Notes: generated from the sequence alone by a model not told the origin. 63,918 nucleotides of DNA, filler included, from Nemertoderma westbladi (GCA_032718475.1; 4 parts of 4 records of this genome joined end to end with filler, not necessarily neighbours in it); one strand, 5' to 3'; positions 49,514-62,880 are shown, numbered from the whole stretch's first letter. Program-made: numbers and translations.

Positions 49514-51740
49514 TAATAGGATCGAACCGTGTAGGTTTGTCCGGTAGGGTCACGTTTGCGTCTCCACACGCAGACATTCACGTGTAATAGGATCGAACCA
49601 TGTAGGTTTGTCCGGTAGGGTCACGTTTGCGTCTCGAAACGCAGACATTCACATGTAATAGGATCGAACCATGTAGGTTTGTCCGGTAGGGTCACGTTTG
49701 CGTCTCCACACGCAGACATTCACGTGTAATAGGATCGAACCATGTAGGTTTGTCCGGTAGGGTCACGTTTGCGTCTCCACACGCAGACATTCACGTGTAA
49801 TAGAATCGAACCGTGTAGGTTTGTCCGGTAGGGTCACGTTTGCGTCTCGAAACGCAGACATTCACGTGTAATAGGATCGAACCATGTAGGTTTATCCGGT
49901 AGGGTCACGTTTGCGTCTCCACACGCAGAAATTCACGTGTAATAGAATCGAACCGTGTAGGTTTGTCCGGTAGGGTCACGTTTGCGTCTCGAAACGCAGA
50001 CATTCACGTGTAATAGGATCGAACCGTGTAGGTTTGTCCGGTAGGGTCACGTTTGCGTCTCCACACGCAGACATTCACGTGTAATAGGATCGAACCATGT
50101 AGGTTTGTCAGGTAGGGTCACGTTTGCGTCTCGAAACGCAGAAATTCACGTGTAATAGAATCGAACCATGTAGGTTTGTCAGGTAGGGTCACGTTTGCGT
50201 CTCGAAACGCAGACATTCACGTGTAATAGGATCGAACCATGTAGGTTTGTCCGGTAAGGTCACGTTTGCGTCTGCACACGCAGACATTCACGTGTAATAG
50301 GATCGAACCGTGTAGGTTTGTCCGGTAGGGTCACGTTTGCGTCTCCACACGCAGACATTCACGTGTAATATGATCGAACAGTTTATAGGTTTGTCCGGTA
50401 AGGTCACGTTTGCGTTTCCACACGCAGACATTCACGTGTAATAGGATCGAACAGTTTATAGGTTTGTCCGGTAGGGTCACGTTTGCGTTTCCACACGCAG
50501 ACATTCACGTGTAATAGGATCGAACAGTTTATAGGTTTGTCCGGTAGGGTCACGTTTGCGTCTCCACACGCAGACATTCACGTGTAATAGGATCGAACCA
50601 TGTAGGTTTGTCCGGTAGGGTCACGTTTGCGTCTCCACACGCAGACATTCACGTGTAATAGAATCGAACCGTGTAGGTTTGTCCGGTAGGGTCACGTTTG
50701 CGTCTCGAAACGCAGACATTCACGTGTAATAGGATCGAACCATGTAGGTTTATCCGGTAGGGTCACGTTTGCGTCTCCACACGCAGAAATTCACGTGTAA
50801 TAGAATCGAACCGTGTAGGTTTGTCCGGTAGGGTCACGTTTGCGTCTCGAAACGCAGACATTCACGTGTAATAGGATCGAACCGTGTAGGTTTGTCCGGT
50901 AGGGTCACGTTTGCGTCTCCACACGCAGACATTCACGTGTAATAGGATCGAACCATGTAGGTTTGTCAGGTAGGGTCACGTTTGCGTCTCGAAACGCAGA
51001 AATTCACGTGTAATAGAATCGAACCATGTAGGTTTGTCAGGTAGGGTCACGTTTGCGTCTCGAAACGCAGACATTCACGTGTAATAGGATCGAACCATGT
51101 AGGTTTGTCCGGTAAGGTCACGTTTGCGTCTGCACACGCAGACATTCACGTGTAATAGGATCGAACCGTGTAGGTTTGTCCGGTAGGGTCACGTTTGCGT
51201 CTCCACACGCAGACATTCACGTGTAATATGATCGAACAGTTTATAGGTTTGTCCGGTAAGGTCACGTTTGCGTTTCCACACGCAGACATTCACGTGTAAT
51301 AGGATCGAACAGTTTATAGGTTTGTCCGGTAGGGTCACGTTTGCGTTTCCACACGCAGACATTCACGTGTAATAGGATCGAACAGTTTATAGGTTTGTCC
51401 GGTAGGGTCACGTTTGCGTTTCCACACGCAGACATTCACGTGTAATAGGATCGAACCATGTAGGTTTGTCCGGTAGGGTCACGTTTGCGTCTCAACACGC
51501 AGACATTCACGTGTAATAGGATCGAACCATGTAGGTTTGTCCGGTAGGGTCACGTTTGCGTCTCGAAACGCAGACATTCACGTGTAATAGGATCGAACCA
51601 TGTAGGTTTGTCCGGTAGGGTCACGTTTGCGTCTCCACACGCAGACTTTCACGTGTAATAGGATCGAACCATGTAGGTTTGTCCGGTAGGGTCACGTTTG
51701 CGTCTCCACACGCAGACATTCACGTGTAATAGGATCGAAA
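49514..51740. repeat. 71-bp satellite, about 31 units, with an 858-bp (12-unit) higher-order duplication
   Basis: Period read from TAGGATCG at 49517, 49588 and 49659; variant TTTATCCGG at 49891 and 50749. Confidence 0.97.
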
Positions 51741-52663
51741 CTTTTTCAAACAAATTGGTTTGCCAAACGCCGATACGCCGATACGTTCTATTCATTGACC
51801 TCAGCCCCCACCAGCCCATAATTGCAATAGGATCGAAGCGTAGTAAGTAGTAGCTGCCAACCAGTAGCTTGGACCAATCAGCGACGAGCTATGGCCAATC
51901 AGCATTCAGACGTTCCGATCCCGATTTGCATAATGTCTGGCTATAATAAATGGGACTGATTCGTCACTTTCCTCACCTTCTTGCATCTTCACCCACTGCG
52001 TGCGATGCCCCTGACTTTTACAGCAGTAAAATTTTTTATATTTTTAGCAGCATTTTTATTTGTAATTAGTAATTACTGTAATTTCTGAACCTTGTGAGCT
52101 GTGCACTTAATAATCTACTTCCTATTGATGTATTCATAATTATGATATAATATACTAGTTCCGGCAGTTCACATCGGGTTCTCAATGGTTTTCACTCAAC
52201 TTCCTACAGTCCACTCTAACCCTTAACGGGAGGTGTCGAATAGCCCTCTCACTTCAAGATTAGAATAGATATTTTATTGATGAAATATGTATGTCAATCA
52301 ACACATTAGGCTTAAAGATAGACAGACAAAATATATACCGCAGGCCAGGCGACCGGCAATGATAAAAATTTGGGGCACATTAATTAAATCATAAAACTAA
52401 AATCTCAGTAAAAACTCAATCTGTGTCTATCATTAAAATAAATAAATCATCCAAATAGTTATATGTCACCGGAAAATACAAAGAGTACAGTACAGTACAG
52501 TACGTAAGGAGGAGTTTGAAGTACTGTAAAATGTAAAACGAAAAAAAAAAGATTAATTACAGAATTATAGATAGAATATAATATAAATAAATTGAATAAT
52601 TAATTATTGTTAATAAATAAAGTCTAAGTAACTGTCGTTAATTAAATAATATATAACTATTTA

Positions 52664-53210
52664 CATCATTGTGTGCAAAGTAGCACTTTGCAGCTTTACG
52701 ATCCGAGTTTATTTATGTACTGAGTGAGCGAAGCGAGGGAGGTTTACATGAATAAACAAGGGTCTTTAACGCTGAAAAGGGACCTTTGCAAGCAATGATA
52801 AATATATCATTGCTTGCAAAGGTCACTTTTAACGCATGTTCACGCTGTTAAGTTGACATATTATGTCAAATTAACAGCGTTCGGTATGCAAGAAAGGATT
52901 TTATGGATGCTCATTTGAACATTTTAATCATGTACTATTACAAATATAAGTGAAATTTATTAACAGGTAGGCCTCCACAGTTTAATTATACATTTATGTC
53001 AAATTAAAGTTTATTGTTGTTATCTCCTGCATGGATATGATAAATCTTTTAATCCATCGTCGACTGAAGCAAACCGAGTCACCGTCTGTGTCCCTGTCCG
53101 TCCAGTTTTACTGAACACTGTTGCCATATTTTCTTTGCTCATTTTTCCCTTTTGTTACTTAATAAACCATGCAAAAATGAAGGCAAAATGTCCGGTCTGA
53201 TACAATAAAC
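52664..53210. mobile_element. Crypton-like element end with stacked palindromes
   Basis: GAGCGAAGCGAG-centred foldback; palindromes at 52781-52824 and 52842-52880; minus-strand MSKENM...RFASV fragment. Confidence 0.4.
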
Positions 53211-55787
53211 GGGATTGCGCTAGGGTACCTGTCAACAAGGGCCGCTCAATGTATCTGTTTCTTTACCCCTTTTTCCCTTCGATGCATTGATTTGCTCTAT
53301 ATTTCACTTAGTTCAATACGGTATTTGGTTATCTATTGTATTTGACTGAGATACGATACCAGGAGGGTGTGACAACAAAGTATAACAAGCAAATGACTGA
53401 CTAATTAATTCTGTAAGAACTCAAGTCTGGTGATTGTGTTACCCTTAAAGGGAAACGTATTGTGACAAGTCTTTGGGTCTAATTATATTGATATCGCTAC
53501 AGTATTCAATTTGTGACAACTCTCAATCGTGATGTAATTAATAATAAGAGCTTTGCTTATAATAATGGTCTGAAATATCGCCATATATTAATTATTTAGT
53601 ATGATATACAACGATATGACAACACACAAATCTGATACAATTGTCCAGATTATCACTGATACTTAGTTACAGCAACCCATCTGTTGTGGCGCGTGTAAAA
53701 CCTCCTTGATTACGTAATATCGGCGATATATTAAGCAAATAATAAAGATAAATTGAATAAACCAGTAGAATATGCAATGTAGCGATGAATAATTATAATC
53801 CAATTATTAACTCTTTAAGTCTAGACCTTAGGCCTGTAATAATCACCAGTCAATTAAACCTGACCGGGGATCAGTGCCTCTGCATGGGCAATGCGACTTC
53901 TTCTGTACAACAATAACAAAAAGAGTTAAACAACCACAAAGCCAACCGCACTTATATACCAGCTTATCAGTAAGGAGCATAGCCAATATGGCATCACGTA
54001 TTCCATTGAGGCTTAACAGGCTTAACAAATCAGTTCGAATATGGGTATAATAGCACTAGATGGCGTAAGAACCCTTACTAGAGAATAATTCGATAGAAAT
54101 AACCAATTTATATCGTAACCGACTTTATCAATATAAAATGGTGTTTTGAGCTTAAAATTAGTAAAATAAGTAATCTAAAAGGCTAAGTTCACACGTGCAG
54201 CAACAAGTAGACTGGACTTGTTTATGGAGACGGGGGGGGGGGGGGGGAGTAAACTGGACGCAAAACCCGCCTTGGTGAATTAATATCCCGCCTCAATGTT
54301 AAATTCTCAATTTAGGGAAAGGAACAGGTTACAGTGGCACGTTATTTTAACCAAAACAAGAAACCAAACACAATAGAACAGGTTACAGTTTTATTTTTGA
54401 GAATAATCAGCTGTTATTTGCGTCGAATTTCCCCTGAAGAGGGATGAATTTTTATTTGTCATATCTCATCGTCGTGTATTGAACGCAAGGAGACCCCATG
54501 CAGGGTAACATTAACACGAAGCGAATTTATGTAATGGAAAGATGACCTTCATGACCTCTCATAACCTCATGTAAACAGCATGAGAAATAAATGTTGTTTA
54601 ATAACGTAGTGCAGTGAAGCACGTTTGCTTTGCGTTTGCTTTAGCTTGCTTTACAATGATATAATGGTAAACCATCACATCTTCCTACATATCAACCAGC
54701 ATATGCAGCAATTCCGCGAATACAAGAAGTGTACTACTGCGAAATCCTACTGCAATACCAAATATATATATAAAGTTATTTATTAAATGGTAAATAAAGT
54801 AGAATTATTGTAATAATGTAGTTATATTGATATTGTATTTCTTTATTTATATTTATTATTGCAGATAGGAAGGTGTGCGGGAACTCTGAACTCAATTAAA
54901 TTAATCTCTCTCCAGGGGAAAATCGACACAAATAACCACCGATTTCTCTCAAAAGTGAAAATGTAACCTGTTTTATTGACTTTCGTTTATTGCTTTGGTT
55001 AGAATAACGCGCCACTGTAACCTGCTTCTTTATCTTAATTCATAAAAATTTAATATTTAATACGAGATTTTAAATCCCAGGGATTTGCGTCAAGTTTTCT
55101 ATATTTCATGATTGGCAGGTTTCAGACTCTATGTTAGATATCATTGGTTACGGGTACACTCCAAATGTTTGCTTTAAAACCAGCCAGTTTTTTCATTATA
55201 ATATAACTTTTAGAATAACAAATTCTTTCATCAAAATTGTTATATTATCGCTAATACATAAAATAAATTAAATTTTCGATCGTGGGACGAAGACCCCACG
55301 AACATATGTATTGTATATATACATTATATAGGTTTAAAATTGAAATTACATTGTAAGGGATTGAATAGCTATTCCCTTGTCCCTTATAGAACAATATTAA
55401 CTTATACTAATATCTGAACCACATAGGTTGAAATTTTGCAATTGCAATTTTATACTATTAGGTGTTGCTTGCTTAATGAAAACGTCAGCACCTATATTAG
55501 TATATAATAACTATATTCGTGTTTTATTATATTCCAAGGTCAGTTCAGGTCTGCTGTATCATTGAAAGAGAAAACAACCAACTCCATGATGATGGAGGTG
55601 AATGATGGAAGTGCCATCTGGTCCTGTAATTAGGACCCCTTCATTTTCTTTCTCCTTTTATTGTGAAACGAACTATTTGAAACATCATATATTTGAAACA
55701 TCATTCTTTACTCTCTGCAAACTGCCAACTGTAAAAACTATGGGATTCAAAGAAATTCAACCGCAAAATTAAACAAATACTTCAGCA

Positions 55788-56507
55788 ATGGTCTTTTATA
55801 AGCCAGCACTATTGTCAGCTCTTTACGCGGTTCTAAACATTACGGCCTGTTATGGAGTCACCTGTTATGCCGAAAATTCGTATACCTATAAAGCAACTAC
55901 TGATCGGCTACAACAGGAGATGAGCAAAATGGGATTATCCCTACTTCATAGCAACCAGCAATGGTTCGAAGACGCTAAATTCACATCATTACGACATAGT
56001 AATATCAAACACATTGAACGCAACTGCACAGAATGTGCCAATTATTTCGTACGAATAATCATGGTTCATGATAAGACCGGGGATGAGTTAATGATGAATC
56101 TTGTCATTGAAATGTGCATAAACAGCGGGAGTGAAGAGGCCTGGGAGAGATTTTGTCTGCCTCTGGAGGAAGTCCGATGTACAGCATTCATGCTACAGCT
56201 AGAAGCTGGGTTTAAACTTAATCAACAGAGAATCGGTGACGTGGAAAATGATCAAGATGAATTCCTCCGGGTTGTTTATATGATTAGAAGCCTTATGAGA
56301 GACAGTCTGACTGAAACATACAGTTCGTGTCAGTTTATGTGTTGTCCTGGTGAGTGTCTTACTGATCCAGTCTGGGAGAGGGATCTAGCTACAACTACTA
56401 CCATGGCGGTTGAAGAAACAACAACATCAACAGGATGCAGTTCAGTTGTTGCTACTCTGGTATTTCCTATGATCTTGGTGATGGTTACATTGATTGGAGT
56501 CTTTTAG
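55788..56507 (+). CDS. Secreted, probably GPI-anchored Cys-rich protein (divergent Ly6/uPAR three-finger-like), 239 aa
   Basis: ATG in GCAATGG context; signal-peptide-like N-terminus; 10 Cys from VTCY to CCPGEC; Thr-rich stalk; hydrophobic C-terminus with no cytoplasmic tail; long clean ORF in AT-rich DNA. Confidence 0.75.
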   Translation: MVFYKPALLSALYAVLNITACYGVTCYAENSYTYKATTDRLQQEMSKMGLSLLHSNQQWFEDAKFTSLRHSNIKHIERNCTECANYFVRIIMVHDKTGDELMMNLVIEMCINSGSEEAWERFCLPLEEVRCTAFMLQLEAGFKLNQQRIGDVENDQDEFLRVVYMIRSLMRDSLTETYSSCQFMCCPGECLTDPVWERDLATTTTMAVEETTTSTGCSSVVATLVFPMILVMVTLIGVF

Positions 56508-57162
56508 AAACATAATCCACATTGTGTGGAAAAAACTAAATACATTACAGTGGGAGGGTGGGGGTTTCTCTTGTAACTTGGGCTATACTTACAAATGCAA
56601 GTAGCATAACAGCCGTAAAACATGCAACTGTTGATTCTCGTTCATCTTTTTGGGTGGAATATATAGTTAATTTAGTTGATAACCATGGTGGTAGTTGGTT
56701 TTACACTTAGTATGGCATTGATTTTTTATGTCCGTTCTTTTGACTTTTTTGTCCGTCTTTTTTACGAATTGTGTATAATGACTGTAGTGTATGATTGTAG
56801 TCCGCAGAATGACTTTTTATGTATGCATTTCTTTAAACCATTAGACTGCTGATTTTTTGACTGTTAAATTCTGAAGCCAAACAAAACATTCAAAATTTGT
56901 TGATTTCTGGACTGTCAGACAGTTTAATTTACAATACCTATAGCAACACATTCAATATTTTTGATTTTCTTTAGACTGTGGGATAGATTTCCCCATGCTT
57001 GTGGTAAAATACTTTAAATTTAATAATTTCTGGATGTGGTCGATAATCGATTTCCAGAATATGACTGTATCAAAACACTCAATTTATAGCCAAAAATGAA
57101 CGTATTATAACGATGGCAATAGGCCCTGGATACATACAATTAACTGTTTTTATACTTAAAAT

Positions 57163-57640
57163 ATGGCTTCCAATAATATTACTATAACTTCATTTAATTG
57201 TAATTCGATCAGAGCAGCTGACTCGCTTAACTATGTAAGAGAGTTATGCATGGTTTCTGACATAGTACTGCTTCAGGAGCATATGCTTACCAAGCAGGAA
57301 CTTAGCTTTTTATCAACAAAAGACGAACATTTTATACCACACGGTAAATCGTCCGTAGACCTAGCGGACGGATTCCACTCCGGTCGTCCGTATGGGGGCC
57401 TAGCTGTTCTGATTAAGGAAAGTTTATCGACCACGGTTGAATTCATTGAATGTGATGATGACCGAATATATCCGTATTATATTTGTCGAAGTAATGGTTC
57501 AATTCAAAACTACTGGTTATGAACGTATATTTACCGTACCAGCTTGATGATCATTTAGACCTTTACTTAGAATACCTTGGTAAATTACAGTGCATTATAA
57601 ATATGGCTGCGACAACAGACTGTTGTGTGATAGGCGACCA
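57163..57640 (+). mobile_element. N-terminal APE endonuclease fragment of a Proto2/RTEX-like LINE ORF2
   Basis: SFNCNS, LLQEHML and GRPYGGLAVL, then after a frameshift NVYLPY...VIGD. Confidence 0.85.
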
Positions 57641-57989
57641 ATTATTTTTACCTTATGACCTTATGACTTTGACCTTTTTATCAATTATAGTTGGCTAGGT
57701 GACATTAGCAATATAATGACACCTAACAACCAACAAAGGCAATATACACTGCCAGCCACAGGGAGAGATGCCAGCGCACAGCTCATCTCAGGGTAGAAGC
57801 TAGCATAGGAACAGGGGAAGGTAGGTTTGGCCAAGGGGATAGATCGACCAATGGAGGGACAGCATGTGTCCAATTACGGTGCATCCACTGGTTAGCCAAA
57901 CCTAGGTAGTTAATGTGTCCCATGTAATATATAACCGTTACTCTGTAAATTGTGCTTTAGTTGGTATATTGGGTGAGCAGAAGTCGAAC

Positions 57990-58120
57990 GGTTTTCAACC
58001 GTCGTCGTTGTCTGCTGTGGGTGTAAACGTTACGCCGACAGCCGATAACCGACAGCTGACAACCGACAGCCGACAGCAGAAAGCTGACAGCAGACAACCG
58101 ACGGTTGTCACTTTTCGGTC
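57990..58120. repeat. Short inverted-repeat element with internal (CCGACAG)n repeats
   Basis: CAACCGTCG..TTGTCTGCTGT versus ACAGCAGACAACCGACGGTTG. Confidence 0.6.
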
Positions 58121-58580
58121 GATATACTGTATTATATATTATACTATTTATATGAAGAAATTGTATTTGTTTTAAGAATATGGTGTATTTTATTAAATAT
58201 AATAAAATAGCCCAGCGCTGATGCAAAACCATGCAAGTTTTGAAAGCCCGCCTCAGCAATTTTTCAACGAAATTCAGGTTGTGCTACATATTTGGAATCC
58301 TTGCATGGCCAGCTTTCTAGCAGTACCAAGTAACAGCTATAAGGTAGAAGAATAACTGCGGTGTAACTGGTGCAATATCGACGGAGACACTTTTTTTAAA
58401 CGCTTGTAGCTAAAGATTGGAAGCAAAAATAAAAATTCTGGTTCAACCAGTAAGAGGTCGGGAAATGAAACTATCCCTGTTTCAAATTTCATGAAATCTC
58501 ATTATTATATATATAAACAATTATAAACTTAATAAAGTGAACTTTAATTTGACCTGCTCACATAAATACATATATTTATT

Positions 58581-59069
58581 ATGAATGAAGCTGACAAAAA
58601 AAGGAGTTTCTCAAGTGCCTGTACTCCTGAAAAGGTCGCAGAAACAAAGCGAATAGATTGCCGGGACACGCCTCCAAAGTCTCATATAAACAAAAGCTTA
58701 TTTATAATAGAATTTGATCGAAATCTGGTGTCAGAAGTTCAGGACCCTCCCGAATCCTTCAAAGTTCTTGACAATCCACTACTCAATAGTACATTTAAGG
58801 AGATTTGTAGAGAAACGGCAAAGCAAAGCGTCAAAGCGTACAAATGCTATGGTTGCTCAGGATATATTAGGAAGTCGAGTGGACAACTCCTTCGTTCCCA
58901 GGAAGATTTAGTATTAAAAACTTGGGATCCTCGAAGTTATCTGGGATCCAATAATGAAATCAAACTCACCATTGGAAAAGAACTTGTAACATTTCATCTT
59001 CAAATTACCTGCGTTGTTTTTAAATACCCATATTATCTCGTCTATTTTTCCAATTATTGTACAATTTAA
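58581..59069 (+). pseudogene. Probable transposon-derived fragment with a PARP-type zinc-finger-like motif
   Basis: KCYGC...DLVL...FHLQITCV (CxxC...HxxxC spacing); no full gene structure. Confidence 0.4.
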
Positions 59070-59099
59070 TTGATATAGAAAAACATGTACGACATAATT

Positions 59100-59312
59100 A
59101 GCCTGCTAAAATCGCAGATGACCTAGTTATTTACTCAAGAAATAGAGAACACATCCAAACAGGTCTTGATATTATATACAGTTGGTGCAATAGAAACGGA
59201 ATGATTATTAACATGACTAAAACCAAGATAATAAAATTTCGTCGCGGGGGCAGACTAGCAAAGACAGATTGTTTCACTTACGGTGGCGAAAGTGTAGAGA
59301 TATGTAACCAAT
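59100..59312 (+). mobile_element. LINE RT fragment related to the LINE at 3428-7210
   Basis: ADDLVIYS...WCNRNGMIINMTKTKIIKFRRGGRL parallels 6355-6500. Confidence 0.85.
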
Positions 59313-59760
59313 TGTAAAAGCCTTTGCTGAATTGCCCCGTTATTTTTATTATCTTTTACATTAAAATACTCTGTAGTTGATTTAATAAGTGTAAGAGACC
59401 GTATTATTGCTGTATCGGTGTTTTTAGAGGATCTAAGACCTATTTCCTCCGTATGTGTACTGTGAAAGGCATATTTTATGATTCTATGGCAATTCGTGAC
59501 GCAAAGGGGTGATAGCTACTCTTGAACAGTAGTTACTATGACTACGGTTAACAGCTGACATTCATACGTGTTGATTTCCTTTGTTCTACGGCGTCTCTCA
59601 GTTCAGTCAGCCAATTAGAGCGTTTTTGTGGCTCCTTGTACAGAAAATTTCCGAGAAATGACGCAATGCCTATGTGCAGTGTTTACATTCAGTCTTGAGC
59701 CAAAGAAAGAACGGCTTGGAAGTATTTTGTGCTGTACTGCTTTTTAGTCTTACACTAGTA
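59313..59760. mobile_element. Right end of a diverged TGT...ACA family element, inverted relative to 4811-5992
   Basis: TGTAAAAGCCTTTGC versus the reverse complement of the 5992 end, TGTAAAAGCTTTTGC; shared GGTGTTTT...TATGTGT, TAACAGCTG and CAGCCAAT.AG.GCG.TTTT. Confidence 0.72.
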
Positions 59761-59956
59761 GGTTTAATTATAAAGGGCATATATCCTTTAACTTGAATAT
59801 CTCTGTAAATATCTCAATGCTGACATACCGGTACTGATGTACCGATATACCTAACTGTTCAGTTGTTGTTTTATACTGCTATTTGCTGTCAGTTCTTCAT
59901 AATATGGTTGATGAATAATTATATTTGGAATAACGATAAATAACCCCGCAACCCAA

Positions 59957-60056
59957 NNNNNNNNNNNNNNNNNNNNNNNNNNNNNNNNNNNNNNNNNNNN
60001 TTAATTAATTAANNNNNNNNNNNNNNNNNNNNNNNNNNNNNNNNNNNNNNNNNNNN
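59957..60056. other. Assembly linker N44-TTAATTAATTAA-N44
   Basis: As at 14458. Confidence 0.97.
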
Positions 60057-60157
60057 AAATATAGGATTACAGCACAAACCAGATCTGTAACTAATAAATT
60101 CCACACATACCGCACTATAATAAACGTGAACCCGAACCCGATTACGACTCTCAGTGT

Positions 60158-61644
60158 GCTCTGCCGTTAAACGTAAAAAGACCGCAAGTCACAAAAAGTC
60201 ATTTCGAGTAAAACGCAAATTACTGTTTAAAATGTCCGTAAATTACTAATTTGTTATAACCCTACGCAATTGGGGGTGGGAAATTTTTCTACGTGATTAT
60301 TTTTTGCACTTTCTATTAATATTTTGAATTCAGGATTATTTTTTGTACTTAGGTGTTTTTGCATTGTACAACCTGTATGTAACATTCGATACAATGCAAA
60401 AACAAATGCCACAATAACAAAACACGCAAGTCTGACAGTAGCGGTGTTTTTTTGCATTGTGTAAATTTAATGCACTCATTAAGGGGGGGCACCCCACCCC
60501 CCCCCCCCCCCCTGCGGTTTTTAATTTGTAAATAACACAAAAGAGGTTGCGTAAACAAAAAAATTGGGAACGGGGAAATTATTATAAATATAAAAAAACT
60601 GCCCGAAATTTATCGAAGCTTAAAAAATTACATATCACATGAAGCGAAAATAGCAAAAAATGAGTTAAGAATTGGCAGAGGAGTTGTTTTGTTTTACGTG
60701 AAAAAATCTCTTTCCGAGAAAATTATCTTCAAAGTTAAAATCTTCCCGCTCTTCCTGTTTGTCTGGGGTCTGGTTGTTTAATAATGTCTGGCATGAACGA
60801 AGCACAACACAGAGCTATAATTTTCATTATGGTGGTTTTCTAAGTCCGCGATTTAATTTGCAATGTCAATTTTTTTATGTCGGTACAATCTAGTCTGTCT
60901 GTCTATTGGTCTGGCTGTCTGTCTAAAGACGCTCAGACCGGCAGCCATGGAGAGACAGTGATAACTCGAACCCTAAAAGCGATCTCGCTTAAAGCACTTA
61001 TGAAGGAATTGTGATAACAAACAGTTGGGGTAGGGCGGATGACCTCAGGTTAGATTAATGGAATTAATAACAACAGTTCAATTACAAGCTGTCTTTCTCT
61101 TCCCGGAGTCTCTCCCATCAGGGCTTCTTCAGGTAATTTATGAAAATGCATACAACTAACAGATATCGCAAAGACATGTTCAGATTTCAAATCCTCATTA
61201 AATTCTGAACTAATTCCGTAGCATATAGACATGATGATAAAACACCGCAAGTCACTTGGTGAAATATCAATTTTGAATTTCGCGCCTTTTCTGCAAATAG
61301 TAAAAAACCGCAATTCAAAAGACACAAATTTCAGTAAAACCGTATATTCGTTTTCTTATTATCTATGCGATGACAAAAAACAGTAAGTTGACTTACGGTT
61401 TTTTTCCATAAATGTAAGTAGTTGCGGTATTTTGTATTGCACTTACGGTCTTTTTCCTTTGTAACACTATACTTGTATATGTTGTGACTTGCGGCCTTTC
61501 TACCTGCATATCTCGAGAACTAGAGTAGATACGGTCTTCTCGATTATACCAATAGATAGAGCGATCATTAGAATATATCAGACCCAGAAAAAGTGAATTT
61601 TGAAAAAATGCGACTTACGGTCTTTTCACATTGCACGACAGAGC
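60158..61644. mobile_element. Non-autonomous TIR DNA transposon, about 1.5 kb
   Basis: GCTCTGCCGT...AAAAGACCGCAAGTC versus GACTTACGGTCTTTT...ACGACAGAGC; internal ACCGYAAGTC repeats; TSD not resolved. Confidence 0.6.
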
Positions 61645-61767
61645 TGCACTAAAGCGAATTGATTTTACATGTCTGCGTGAAATATCACATATAAACTATT
61701 GTCGCGTATGTGCGTGCAATCCAACCGCCGTATACGCTGGCCACAATGACACTAACTCGTGGTTTTT

Positions 61768-62880
61768 GCTATACTACTACTAGGTCGAGCGAACTCGGAC
61801 AGTGGAAATGAGATCCTTCCAGGCTTCCCGATTCTCCATAGTTGTCGCAATTTCGTTTCTCCCAAGTTCAGCATCCCTTTCAAGTTGATCTATATATGTT
61901 ATGGCCGGTCGTCCACGACTACGCTTTCCATGAGTTGGTTGCCAGAAAAGTAGATCTGGTATGACCTCGTCTTTACTTCGCCAGCAGTGCCCACTGAATC
62001 TGAATCTGCGTTCACGGAGGGTGGTTGATACAGGTGGTATTGTACCATAAAGCTCGGCGTTTGTCATGTGTTGTCTCCAGCTGATGTTTAGGGCTGCCCT
62101 TAGTAGTCTTGTGTAGCAACCATCAATTCGTTGTTCAAGTGATTTAGTCAGTGTCCAGGTCTCACCCCCGTATAAAAATACACTTTCCACTGTGGCTCGA
62201 AAGAACTTAGTCTTCAGGTGCCTGGAGAGATCTGATTTCCAGATGGTATCCATTTTTGATAGAGCTACCTAAGCCTTTGCTTTCCTAACTTCTATGTCCT
62301 TTTTGCTACTCTATCCATGATCCAAGGTACTGGAAGTCGTCAACCTTCCTTAGTTGATTATTATCAATGGTTGTCAAGTTTCCATCAACCTTAAAGGTCA
62401 TGAATTCGGTCTTGGTAGCATTTATATGCAATCCAACCTCCTTAGCAGCGCTCTCCACTTTATTTAGTAGAAGCTGTGCATCTGCTAGCGTATTATAGAG
62501 CAGGGCGATGTCATCCGCAAAGTCGGTGTCTGTGACTGTAGTTGCCGGATATCTACTACTTCTGCGTTCTTGAAGTGTGAATCCCAGATCTCCACCATTT
62601 GTGGCCGTCCTCATTGCGTAATCCAGTACAATTACAAATAGTAATGGTGCTAATGTGTCACCTTGCAGTACGCCAGCCAGGATTGAGAAAAACTCAGTTT
62701 CACCATCTGGTGAGAGTACCTGCGCTTCTGTGTCACAATATAACAATCCAATGCCAGCAACAATTACTTCTGGTATTCCATAAGCTCTTAGGATTTCAAG
62801 CATTTTACCTCTATGGATGGAGTCGAGTGCCTTCTTGAAGTCCACAACAGTCATGACAGCGGGGAGATTCTTTCGCCCAT
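61768..62880 (-). mobile_element. RTE-clade LINE, 5'-truncated
   Basis: VDFKKALDSI, GVLQGDTLAP, DFADDI, FQYLGS, YGGETWTL and RSRGRP; (TAG)n tail at 61770-61782. Confidence 0.93.
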
